A stretch of 64,000 bases of DNA from a virus, in the IMG/VR virus record IMGVR_UViG_3300037264_006128, positions 32,452-96,451 of that record. One strand, 5' to 3'. The notes under the pieces are model-generated. The model did not search any database. It was not told the DNA's origin and saw only the letters and a list, made by a program, of their open reading frames with translations. Position 1 is the first letter of the stretch, and each line of letters begins with the position of its first letter. The position numbers and the translations under genes were made by a program. Below, piece by piece: positions 8,644 to 18,300 of the stretch.

Positions 8644-9624
8644 TCAGAGGAAGATCCACGGGGTGTCGCCCCCTGGGACTTCAGTTGCGGTTGCTGTCTC
8701 GGTCATCGTGACAGTAACCGTGTGCGTTGCGGTTTGTGTCGGCGTCTCAGTTGGAACGGTTGCCGTCGCTGTCTCGGTTGGTGTCTCAGTAGGGACCGTC
8801 GCCGTCGGCGTGTTCGTCGGGGTTGCCGTCGGCGTCTCCGTCGGCGTGTTGGTCGGTGTTTGCGTCGGCGTCGCCGTCGGGGTTTCCGTCGGCGTGTTGG
8901 TCGGTGTTTGCGTCGGCGTGTTGGTCGGTGTTTGCGTCGGCGTCGCCGTCGGCGTGTTGGTCGGCGTGCTCGTGGGGACAGTGCTTGTCCGGGTTTGGGT
9001 AGGAGTTCGCGTAACCGTTGGGGTTGGGTTGTTGTAATAGATACGCACTTCAATATGGTTTACACGAGCGGTATTCGTTGTTACTCCTGTCTTTAAAACA
9101 CCAATAGCGACACCCCACGTAGCAGAATTGACAAATGCGCTATCCCATGTGCTTCCCCAAAGGTCAGTAGAACCACCGTAGGTGACATACGCCTCACTTG
9201 CAGCTACGGGCCAAGCAGTACCGGACGCTTTATCGGTCCCAGTTAGGAACCCAACCCACACCGTTTTGACAACCTTGTCCACAAAATTTGTTGATGTGCC
9301 CGACGAACTCTTCTTAAACCGTGCCTCCATACCTACCACTTGGCTTCCGACTGGGATCGAAAAACCCCAGTTGTATCCAGCGAGGCAGTCCGAGAAGTTC
9401 CCATTAGTTGGCGCGGCAGTAGCACGATTCGTGTCGTCAGCTACTATGTAACTGTCGTTTGACCAGGGGTAGGGGGAATTACAAAGTGCGTCGCCAGTAG
9501 CCGTTCCATGGGTCGTTGACCCTGGGCTAGTCCATGCCGTTACTTCAACCGCAAGCGTTTGCCGTGATGCAAACGCTGTGATCGCAGCAACACAAAGCAA
9601 AATGGCCAGAACTTGGCGCATCAC
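8644..9624 (-). CDS. Secreted protein: beta-sandwich domain plus ~120-aa mucin-like Thr/Pro tail
   Basis: Signal peptide [18 protein letters not shown]; [13 protein letters not shown] and [12 protein letters not shown] motifs; (TPT[N/Q/E/A])n tail. Confidence 0.82.
   Translation of the reverse strand: MMRQVLAILLCVAAITAFASRQTLAVEVTAWTSPGSTTHGTATGDALCNSPYPWSNDSYIVADDTNRATAAPTNGNFSDCLAGYNWGFSIPVGSQVVGMEARFKKSSSGTSTNFVDKVVKTVWVGFLTGTDKASGTAWPVAASEAYVTYGGSTDLWGSTWDSAFVNSATWGVAIGVLKTGVTTNTARVNHIEVRIYYNNPTPTVTRTPTQTRTSTVPTSTPTNTPTATPTQTPTNTPTQTPTNTPTETPTATPTQTPTNTPTETPTATPTNTPTATVPTETPTETATATVPTETPTQTATHTVTVTMTETATATEVPGGDTPWIFL
8700..9030. repeat. Degenerate 12/24-bp tandem repeat encoding TPTx units
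   Basis: Repeated gtcggcgtgttg / gtcggtgtttgc units. Confidence 0.9.
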
Positions 9625-10226
9625 ATTGCTGCAACCACGAGGTTTTTCAGCCGTGTGTGGCCGATAAGAGTTAGATGATACTCGTCACGGAAATACCTAA
9701 TCCCGTAGGGCAGACCGGCCTGTGTTTCGACGACGATCTTCCCGGTGCAGACCTGCCGGATCGCAGCGCGATAGTTATCGAGTGTCAGACCGAGGGTGTT
9801 TGTCTCACCATCGTGCGCGTTCGGCGGTGGGATAACGCACACGACCTGCGCGTAGGGCCATGAATCGCACATTACCGAGTAAGCAGCGGTGAAATCGGCA
9901 AGCGTCGTAGATAGTATCCAATCGTTTGTACCGAGCAGGACGAACAACCGAGTTGCCCAGAGATCCTGCAAAGGTGGGACGTACGAGACGACTGCGCCGC
10001 CCATGTTCCAGAAAAACGGCTCAGTTGGGTTCCCCGCCGTCTGCCCCTCGCGCGCAAAGACGTGAGGCAAGAAATTCAGCGAATTGGACACCTGCCCCCA
10101 CCATAAGTTATCCGTGTTCCCAAACGTGGTGTCTCGCGTGAGGCTATCCCCTACGAAAGCGACCGGCTCAAGTGTAGCCGCACACGGCGCGCAGAGGAGC
10201 GCGAGCAACAGCAACATTTTTTTCAT
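9621..10226 (-). CDS. Secreted SGNH/GDSL hydrolase (esterase)
   Basis: Signal peptide [17 protein letters not shown]; FVGDSLT (block I), LGTND (block III), DEYH (block V). Confidence 0.9.
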   Translation of the reverse strand: MKKMLLLLALLCAPCAATLEPVAFVGDSLTRDTTFGNTDNLWWGQVSNSLNFLPHVFAREGQTAGNPTEPFFWNMGGAVVSYVPPLQDLWATRLFVLLGTNDWILSTTLADFTAAYSVMCDSWPYAQVVCVIPPPNAHDGETNTLGLTLDNYRAAIRQVCTGKIVVETQAGLPYGIRYFRDEYHLTLIGHTRLKNLVVAAM

Positions 10227-10229
10227 TTC

Positions 10230-11192
10230 TCATTCCCCCAACTGATCGGTTGGGTACAGCACCGACACCGACAGCAGTTTGATGTCTGCAACAGTCGTGT
10301 TAGTGGTGTCCACCACGGTGTAACAACTCAGAGAGTCACCAGAGTTACATGGCCCGTCGATAAACACACCCAGCGCTTGCGTATGCACACGATCATTCGC
10401 CACGCCGTGAACAATGTCTGCATCCTTCTTTATACCCCAGGTATTGTTTTCTGGATCGTCACCAGTGCGGCAGTGACAGTAGAGATCAAGGGCTAGGGTG
10501 CCAGAACCAGCAGCTTGCCAGCTTGTAAACAGGAGGTTAATGGTTGTCTCACCTGACGACCACTCCTCTGGCATCCGCTCCACGCCGAAGTCAAAACGAC
10601 CATCGGCATGATCAGCGCAGGTGACGGTACTCTTGAACGGGCCACTGTTGAGCTGTTCGGTTGCTTTGACACACTGGGCACCATCCACTACCCAGGCACC
10701 AGTATGGATCAGAATAGGCTTGATCGGCCAGCTCGCGGTGAAGGTATTGCTCTCAGTGGTCAGGATGCCGGACGAAGCCCCGGTGATCCCAACAACGTCA
10801 TTCGGATCAACGCAATGCGAGCACGCGAGGTTCGCAACATCAACTTCGTCAGCACCGCCGTTGGAATGACGAGCAGCGTGGGTGTTGATCGTGGCGAGGT
10901 GCGCCAGGTCGCCGGTTGGCGATTGGCAGGCGTAGTCCGTGTTCGGATCCCCGCACCGGTTGTCCACATCGCCGCACCACATTTCACCACCAACGACTGC
11001 GGGCGGCACCCCGGCCGTTACGCCGCAGTTCGGGTAGAGCGTCATCCCGGCAGGCTTGCTCGGGTTCATGTTCCGCGCCGCCTGGGTATCGCAGGTTTGG
11101 ACGCCCGCCACTTCAACGCAGGCCGCGCCCCAGGCAGAGACCGGCAAGGAAACTGCAAGAATAAGAAGGGTTGCTAGTCTGAGATTCTTCAT
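10230..11192 (-). CDS. Secreted Cys-rich protein with a tail-fibre-like motif
   Basis: Signal peptide MKNLRLATLLILAVSLPVSAWG; ~14 Cys; HAARHSNGGADEV motif. Confidence 0.75.
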   Translation of the reverse strand: MKNLRLATLLILAVSLPVSAWGAACVEVAGVQTCDTQAARNMNPSKPAGMTLYPNCGVTAGVPPAVVGGEMWCGDVDNRCGDPNTDYACQSPTGDLAHLATINTHAARHSNGGADEVDVANLACSHCVDPNDVVGITGASSGILTTESNTFTASWPIKPILIHTGAWVVDGAQCVKATEQLNSGPFKSTVTCADHADGRFDFGVERMPEEWSSGETTINLLFTSWQAAGSGTLALDLYCHCRTGDDPENNTWGIKKDADIVHGVANDRVHTQALGVFIDGPCNSGDSLSCYTVVDTTNTTVADIKLLSVSVLYPTDQLGE

Positions 11193-11569
11193 GCAGGGGC
11201 CTCGTGCTCGTGATCGTGCAGTATGATGCGGAAGCGAAATGCAACGTCGAATCCGTCAACATCCCCGCCCTCGTCAAATACAACACGGAAGCGGTCGCCG
11301 TCGTAGACACCAACCGGGCCTAGGTCGGTTTGCGCCTCGGTTGTGGTTGTCGCGATTGCGTTCCCACCGGGCAGGTGCCCGAACGTAGGCATGTCCCTAG
11401 TTTTGCGCTGCACGGCAAACACGCCGGAACCAGAAACGGTGGCATGCTCCACGCCGATCAGCCACGCCTTCTGCCCTGGGCCGACCGCAATGAACAGGGC
11501 GTGGGTGGTTACACCGCCAAGCGGGCCTACGATCGCCAGACATTCCGCCCTGTAGATCTCGTGTGCCAT
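11189..11569 (-). CDS. Hypothetical beta-rich protein (tail-fibre associated)
   Basis: TGATG-coupled to the tail fibre gene. Confidence 0.6.
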   Translation of the reverse strand: MAHEIYRAECLAIVGPLGGVTTHALFIAVGPGQKAWLIGVEHATVSGSGVFAVQRKTRDMPTFGHLPGGNAIATTTTEAQTDLGPVGVYDGDRFRVVFDEGGDVDGFDVAFRFRIILHDHEHEAPA

Positions 11570-14500
11570 CAGCTATCCACTGCAAGCGTAACCGTGTACC
11601 CGTCGCCGAAGGTAACCTTCAGGTCCCCATCGGCCGTGTCTACAAAGATGGTCGCTGTGCCTGCGATGGCAGCCGGTGCGGTTACGCCGTCCGTGATGCC
11701 CAAGACGCCCGCAGCCCCGCCAAGCCGCAACGCGAGGTTTGGGTGGGCATTGATGTCAACGCCAAGGTGGTTGTCGATCCGAACCTGGTCCCCGTCTATG
11801 GTAACCACTTCGCTTCCGGCGGGATCGCCCAGATACGTACCGCCGTTGGCAATCTTGAACTTGTCCCCATCGCTGTTATCGACCCCGAGAACCCAATCGT
11901 AAGTTCCGGTGATGCAGAAGTGGATGTACGTGTCCGCATCGCTGTCGTTCTCGATCTTCATCCATGCGTGTTCGTTGGCCGTGTTCCGGTAGATGTGCAG
12001 CATGGACTCTGGCGTCGGCAGCACTGTTTCTGGGGTTAACAGCAGGGTGCCCGCCAAGAGGCTATCTTCCGTGCCCGTCTGTTTGATGCCCCATCGGTTT
12101 GTTGCCGTGCCCGTTACCGTGAATGCCGGAAGGAGGAGGCCAACAGCGTCCGTTGCTTCCCCCGCCACGGAAACCGCAGCTTCAACCCCAGCAAGAACAG
12201 CAACCACGCCACCTGTAGCCCCGGCGTACGCCCTGCCGTACACGCCAACAACCTTTGCGGCGGTACCGCTGCCGTAGTGTAGGGCATATCCGTAGAGCCC
12301 GGAAAGATTCGGATAATTGCCTGCGGTAAGATCCATCGCGCACGCAACGGCGGACGCTGCCCGGCCTTGCACTCCCGTGAAACCAGCCACAGAAGCTGAA
12401 GCGGGGTCCGCTTCGACGCTAGCATAGGCCGCCGGTTCGAGAGTAGCCCCAATCGCGGTGTAAGATGCTGGCTCGACACTCAGAAAGCCGGGCCTCGTAG
12501 GGTACGACGTTGCATCGTGGACAACGACGGAACCCGTACCGCTTAAGACCTCGAATCCCTTCGACGGCTTTACCGAACTGCCGAAAATCGTACGCCCCGC
12601 GAACACGTTGCACTGGTCCGTGCTCGGCTGGTAAATCCCGTAGTTGTTCGTTGCCGATGCGCCAAGGTCGTCTGCGATGTACACCCGGTAGGCGTTGGTC
12701 ATCGTAGCGTTGTTAGTGATGCCGACGTACAGGCCGTAGGCGTCTGTGATCGTACCGCTGCCGTCGTGGGTAACCTGGGCGTAGAGCGCGCGTAGGCGGT
12801 TAAGATCGCCGCTTCCCGTGGGCCAAATGTGGAAATAGCCTCCGTCCGAGTTGTAGCTGTCGCCAGATCCGGTAACTGTCAACGTGCCGCTGAACAGACG
12901 GAACGTTTCCCCCGCAGCAGCACCGGTGAGCGTTGCGGTGAGGTTTGAGATGAAGGCGAAGGCGCTTGTGTGCTCGGATGGGGTAACATCGACACGTACC
13001 ATGCCGTCGCTTTGGATGGCGCGATAAGCCTGGTCCCCCGCCACCACATAGAGTGGAACGGTGGTAGAGGCTGCCGGCGTGGCAACTTTGAGTAGATAGT
13101 TCGAATCGCCAGTGCCTGCCGCCTCTTCGGTGACCACGAACCCTAACTGGTTGTCGTTGCCACTGAAGTTCCACCGCCACGTTTGGGTGTATGCCTCGCA
13201 GTCTATTGTGCTGGCTGCGGCGGCGTCCCCAAGCCCAGAAATGTACCCAAGCGGGCCTACTACCACACCAGCGTCGTCTTCTGTGTACAGCCCGTCTGAC
13301 TTGAAGAACAACCGCCAGTGATCGGCATCGGGATCGCCAGCCGGGTTCCCCGCCAGTTCCCGCCACAGGATGGTGCGGTCATCTGGGATCGAGAAAACGT
13401 GGGTTGAGCCGTCTAGGATCTCCAGGTACCGGCCAACCCCATCGCTAGTAAGCCGCAACAACGGTTTGTCGTCTGTAACGTTGTCTGCGAAAATCTCCAC
13501 GATCGCTTCTGCAGGTGCAGATGTGGAATCCCTGTAGAAATACCCAGCCCGCCCGGTTGTCGAACTGCCGTAAATCCCAGTACCAGATGCGCTGCTTCCG
13601 GTCGTGCCGACACCAATCGTTCCGGTTCCCTTCACGCCGCTCTTGCCGGCGGTGCTTGCGCTACCTACGATAGCGTCCTTGCCATCGCCGACGACGTTGA
13701 ATTCCCCGCTGCCAGAGAATGCGTTGATGCAGACGCTTGCGGCATCGCCGTCAACAAAGAACAGCGGAGTTGCGCCCGTTCCGTACACGGCGAAGTCGTA
13801 GGCGGACTGTGTCGCGTTGACAACGAACGCGGTGTTCCCAACTGAGACGATCTCGTCACTCCCGATATACGCATACAGTAAACCGGCGTCTGGGCTTGCT
13901 ACCTTCAGAAGCAACGCCGCCTGCGTTGCGGTGGCATCCTGGTCTTCAATCTGCACCACAGGTTCGGTTGGGGAACTTTGCGCCCGCAGAAAATACCCAG
14001 CCTGCACTGCGCCCCCGCTGGCCATGATGGTTGCGCCTAGATTGCCCGGCGTTGTGGCCGTTGCCCCATCCATCGCCGCCACGATCGCACCGTAGGCCGT
14101 ACCGCCCTGCCCCAGGGCGTAGATTGCCGGCCGCGCGGTGCCCACAGAGGAAGCGTGAAATACCCCAAGTGCCGTGCCGGAAGCGTTCACGAACACCGCA
14201 TTCGTGCCTGCGTCGATGTTGAAGGCGTACTCTAGGCCGGTTGTTTCGACACGCAAGTTCCAATCAGCCCCAGCGTCGTTGAACACGGTGTCCGTTGTCG
14301 CCGGTTGCCGCAGGGCGTACTGCGTGTGGTCGTCGTCGGCAAGGCCGGCCAGATCCCCGTGGTGCACAACGCCGCCAGTCAGCACGGGGCCGACTTCCAC
14401 GCCGGCATCGCTGACGTAGTACAATCCACCTGCCTTGAAGTACAACTTCCATTGGCCTGTACTTGGAACAACCGGCTTCGCGCCAATTTCGGTGACAAGT

Positions 14501-15348
14501 AAGCTGTGGGCGCCAAGCTGCAGGTCCCCGGCCATCACTCTGGTGCCGTCCGCGAGTACGTACTGCGAATGGTCGTCGTCGGCAAGGCCGGTCAGCCCCC
14601 CGTGGTCCGTTACGCCACCCCCGCCTGCACCAAGCGGCCCTATTTCCGCCCCGGTAGCGTCTTGGTAGTACAAACCGTCCGACTTGGCGTAGGCGAAGAT
14701 CGATCCTGCGGCGGGATAAACTGCGGGGGTAGCGCGATTGTAAAGCTGAAGCGTACGGTTTGCGACACGCAGGTCTTCCTGAAGTGATCCAGCCCGCATC
14801 GAGGAGATCGCCAGGTAGGCATCCAGACCTGTGGCAATGTTCGCATCCTCCCATGCCCACACGAACTTCGCCGCAAGGTTGCTCGTTCCGCCGTCATCTT
14901 CCAAATACACAGGCAGGGCGCCACCGAACCCATCTTGGGCTGCGCCGGTCGTGTTCAGCTTCAGCGTCAGTAGGTCGTAGACTGCCGCAGTGCCGGCCAC
15001 CTCCCGTTCGACAACCACGCCGTTCGAAACGGTCGTTGGGATGTTGATGGTAGTTGAACCGTCCGCGAGAACGTACTCGCTTCCCTGTTTTCCGTCGAGC
15101 AAGTCCGCATCTAGGCCAGTGTCGTGCCCATCCTGAAACGAGAGCGCCCACAGCACATCCTCTGGGTCTAGGTTGGCCCCCGGGATGTAACTGCCGTCAA
15201 GCATTGGAATGCCATCGGTCGCGTTGCGGGCTGCGATGATGATGTTGACGGCATCCACCAAATCAAGAAGGTCCTCCCTCGCATCGTCCGGGTCCTTGCT
15301 TGAATCGATCAGGTTGCTGCGGTTGATTGGGGCGGTTGGCCACGACAT
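11569..15348 (-). CDS. Long tail fibre protein
   Basis: GLDADLLDGKQGS and repeated GLADDDHxQY fibre motifs; Gly/Ala/Thr-rich; follows the tip gene; AAGGAG RBS before ATG 15348. Confidence 0.85.
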   Translation of the reverse strand: MSWPTAPINRSNLIDSSKDPDDAREDLLDLVDAVNIIIAARNATDGIPMLDGSYIPGANLDPEDVLWALSFQDGHDTGLDADLLDGKQGSEYVLADGSTTINIPTTVSNGVVVEREVAGTAAVYDLLTLKLNTTGAAQDGFGGALPVYLEDDGGTSNLAAKFVWAWEDANIATGLDAYLAISSMRAGSLQEDLRVANRTLQLYNRATPAVYPAAGSIFAYAKSDGLYYQDATGAEIGPLGAGGGGVTDHGGLTGLADDDHSQYVLADGTRVMAGDLQLGAHSLLVTEIGAKPVVPSTGQWKLYFKAGGLYYVSDAGVEVGPVLTGGVVHHGDLAGLADDDHTQYALRQPATTDTVFNDAGADWNLRVETTGLEYAFNIDAGTNAVFVNASGTALGVFHASSVGTARPAIYALGQGGTAYGAIVAAMDGATATTPGNLGATIMASGGAVQAGYFLRAQSSPTEPVVQIEDQDATATQAALLLKVASPDAGLLYAYIGSDEIVSVGNTAFVVNATQSAYDFAVYGTGATPLFFVDGDAASVCINAFSGSGEFNVVGDGKDAIVGSASTAGKSGVKGTGTIGVGTTGSSASGTGIYGSSTTGRAGYFYRDSTSAPAEAIVEIFADNVTDDKPLLRLTSDGVGRYLEILDGSTHVFSIPDDRTILWRELAGNPAGDPDADHWRLFFKSDGLYTEDDAGVVVGPLGYISGLGDAAAASTIDCEAYTQTWRWNFSGNDNQLGFVVTEEAAGTGDSNYLLKVATPAASTTVPLYVVAGDQAYRAIQSDGMVRVDVTPSEHTSAFAFISNLTATLTGAAAGETFRLFSGTLTVTGSGDSYNSDGGYFHIWPTGSGDLNRLRALYAQVTHDGSGTITDAYGLYVGITNNATMTNAYRVYIADDLGASATNNYGIYQPSTDQCNVFAGRTIFGSSVKPSKGFEVLSGTGSVVVHDATSYPTRPGFLSVEPASYTAIGATLEPAAYASVEADPASASVAGFTGVQGRAASAVACAMDLTAGNYPNLSGLYGYALHYGSGTAAKVVGVYGRAYAGATGGVVAVLAGVEAAVSVAGEATDAVGLLLPAFTVTGTATNRWGIKQTGTEDSLLAGTLLLTPETVLPTPESMLHIYRNTANEHAWMKIENDSDADTYIHFCITGTYDWVLGVDNSDGDKFKIANGGTYLGDPAGSEVVTIDGDQVRIDNHLGVDINAHPNLALRLGGAAGVLGITDGVTAPAAIAGTATIFVDTADGDLKVTFGDGYTVTLAVDS

Positions 15349-15375
15349 GATGGGCACTCCTTTTGCTTTCTTCTA

Positions 15376-18300
15376 TCATACAACGGACGACGGACCTTCG
15401 ATAGAAAGATCCACCTTCCCGCTGCACTCTTGGCCGGTTTGGGCATCGAATAACTTCACCCGCACGCCATACGGCTCGCGGGCCACAATACGCGCCACAG
15501 CAATAGACTCCCCGGCCGCCGTTCCCTGAATAGCTGAAACCATCGCGGTAGTAACCGCACGAAACCGCCGCTTCGGTATGTACGTGAAGTCGCCGGATGA
15601 ACATCGGGTGCCAAACCGGAATTTGAACTTCCTGATATACGGTCTGGGGAACTCGAATTCGCCCACCTCTGCGACGATGAAGATCCGAGCGTAGACCCTG
15701 TAGTTGAACAGGTCTTCGCCGTGCAACGCGCCATTGCGTTGGAATTCCTCAAACGGCAGCTCCCCATCGCACGCTTCACCGCCATACTCCATTGAAGTCC
15801 AGTCGTGCGTTACCTCTTCGGTTCCGTTCTCTTTGATGTGCGCCAGCTTGACATGCACGGCCATGAAAGCCTCAAGGCCCCCGGAAGCCTGCCAGTTCAA
15901 CCTCGCACTCATTAGGCACTGGATCACATCGCAGTTGAACGGGGGGGGCAGCCAGGTACAATATCGCACTCGTGCTGGGCTTTGCATGGTAGCCATGTGC
16001 ATCGCGTTTTTCGTGAGATCCCAAATCACCTCCCCATCTTCCTCTGAGCATGGCCAGTAGCCCACTAACCCCGTCTCTGTGCCGTTGTGCACGGCCCAAC
16101 AATCCGCGGCAACATCACCCTTCGACCTTGCGTAGTTCCACACCCGTATTTCTTCGACGATCCCAGAGAAGTAATCACTTACCGTTCCTGGGGCAGGGGC
16201 AGGGCCACTGGGTGCCCCCGCACCGACCATGAATAGGGAGTCTGAAGGGTTGATGGTGAACGCTAGCTGATCTTTTTCGAACTGAAGCACGCCGTCGAGA
16301 TACCCGCGGAACAAGCCACGCTCCTCATCGATCGCATCATATGTGTAGGCGATGGTGGTGGGCGCGAACCCTTCGTTCCCGATGTTCATCATGGAATACG
16401 GCTGCGGGTCGTCTCCGCTATGCCCCACGCAACAGAAGTCGATCACCCCATTGCCTGCCATACCGTAACGAATCCGCCAGTCTGGGCCTTTCCCAACCAA
16501 AACCCCGCTGCTCAACCACGACAGTGGCCTAACCTTGATTTCGACGGTCCAACTGCCTGGAAGGCGCAGGTGGGGGGCGTCACTGGAAAACGCCCCCTGT
16601 TCCGCTGTCTCGTCAAGGTACAGGGACGGGTCGTGCTCCGGGCAGAGGCACGCCTTTGGTTTTTGGTTGGTATCCGCGGCCCCGCTTTCGCCGTCCCCGG
16701 TGATATTGAAGGCATGTTCGAGCACGTGCGTGTTGCCGTGCGTTCCCGTGTTCCACTCGGAAGTATATTCGATGCGATAAGAAACCGCCCGAAGCAAGGA
16801 AGTGCCCCCTACGCCATCCGGTACGGTAGACATGCAATCGTTGGCAACTTCACGCACCGCGTTTTCAACCAAGTACATCGCCATGCGATTGATGCGGGAG
16901 GCCATCTGAGATTCGTCTTGCCTCCATCCGACCATTCTGAATTCCACGAAGCGAACGTCACCAAGATCCCCCAGGGGCTGGAAGACTCCGAACTCTCCCG
17001 TAGCCGAACGGCCACGCGCAAACACGAACACGAAGGCGTTCTCGCTTGAAATGTCGCATACGGCAGAAACGTTCGTATCTGTGCCAAGATCGATCTCGTG
17101 CGTGTACGAAAACGCATTCGCGGAAATTGGCCAACGCGGGAACGTCCCCCACGTATGCTCATCCCCACCCGCATCCGCCCACGTTCCGACACCACGGGCG
17201 AACAGCGCACCGCCTTCGGTGGAGCGCCGGCACCTGACAAGAGTGCCGGGCCAATTCATTTCACTCGCCTCTTCGGTGCGTACGATGTTCCTGTGTAAGG
17301 TGTCCTGCACTTCGACCACGATCGCCGTGGTGTTGTCACTCAAAAACCCCTGGGCATCCAAGGCGCGGATGTAAAAGGTGTACTCGCCTGGCGCGTTCGG
17401 GAACGGGGTGCTTACTTTGTTACCCTTTACGGTCAGGAAATTGCTTGCGTCTTCCCATTCGGTGTTGGGATCTGTGCCCAGGAGGCCATTGCGGTAGCGG
17501 ATCTGATACCCCACCAGGTCGCTTGGTTCCGGCTCTGCCATCGACCATTCGAAGACGCGAGCGCCGTTCTGGATAGAGAACAGAAAGGAAGTCACGTCCG
17601 GCGGCCCGATGGTAAGGATGGTAGTTGAAACGTAGGCCCGCGCCGCGTGAATACTCTGGACCCCCATCTGGTTCACCGTCCAAACGTAAATGCGGTACAT
17701 GCCCTGTTCCATGCCGCGAAATTCGTAGTGCCTCCCTGCCGTTTTTACATGACTAGCACTCGCAGCCGGCTCCCCGATCTTGCGCAGACGGATATGGTAG
17801 TGCCCCACGTGCGTTCGGTCTGCTGGGGCATCCCAATCCAGGACTATCTTTGACGTTCGCTTTCCATCCGGCTGTACATGCGTAGCTTCTACCGCTACTA
17901 GGTTTGTTGGGGTACCGCACGTAAATGGGTTCGCCAGCGAAGTGTCAGGTGCGGCATCGCCAACGATCGCGTCTTGTTCCGTCCAGGCGTAGACGCTGTC
18001 GCTGTATTCGGTCAACTTGAGCGTCACCCCCGCATCTTCGGAGAATCGCCAATCCTGGACAAGGAACTCTTTTGGGGAATCCCCATCGACTCCCCACCCG
18101 AACGTAGTGCTAGTTACGCCAAGAACGTCCCCCTCCTTCACCGTGATCTTTTTCGGCTTAGCGACCGCTTCGCACACGATTCCCTGCCGCATCCTCTTCA
18201 GGTGGATTTGGGCAACGCGCTGCGCGCGGTACACGTCGTTGATGAAGGGGAAGTCCACATCTTGAACGTATTCGTGGCCACCATCTTCTTTCACATACTG

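Noticed and set aside
8700-9030. Possible CRISPR array or DGR repeat
   Set aside because: Units are contiguous codon-phase repeats encoding TPTx with no unique spacers; no cas or reverse transcriptase in the window
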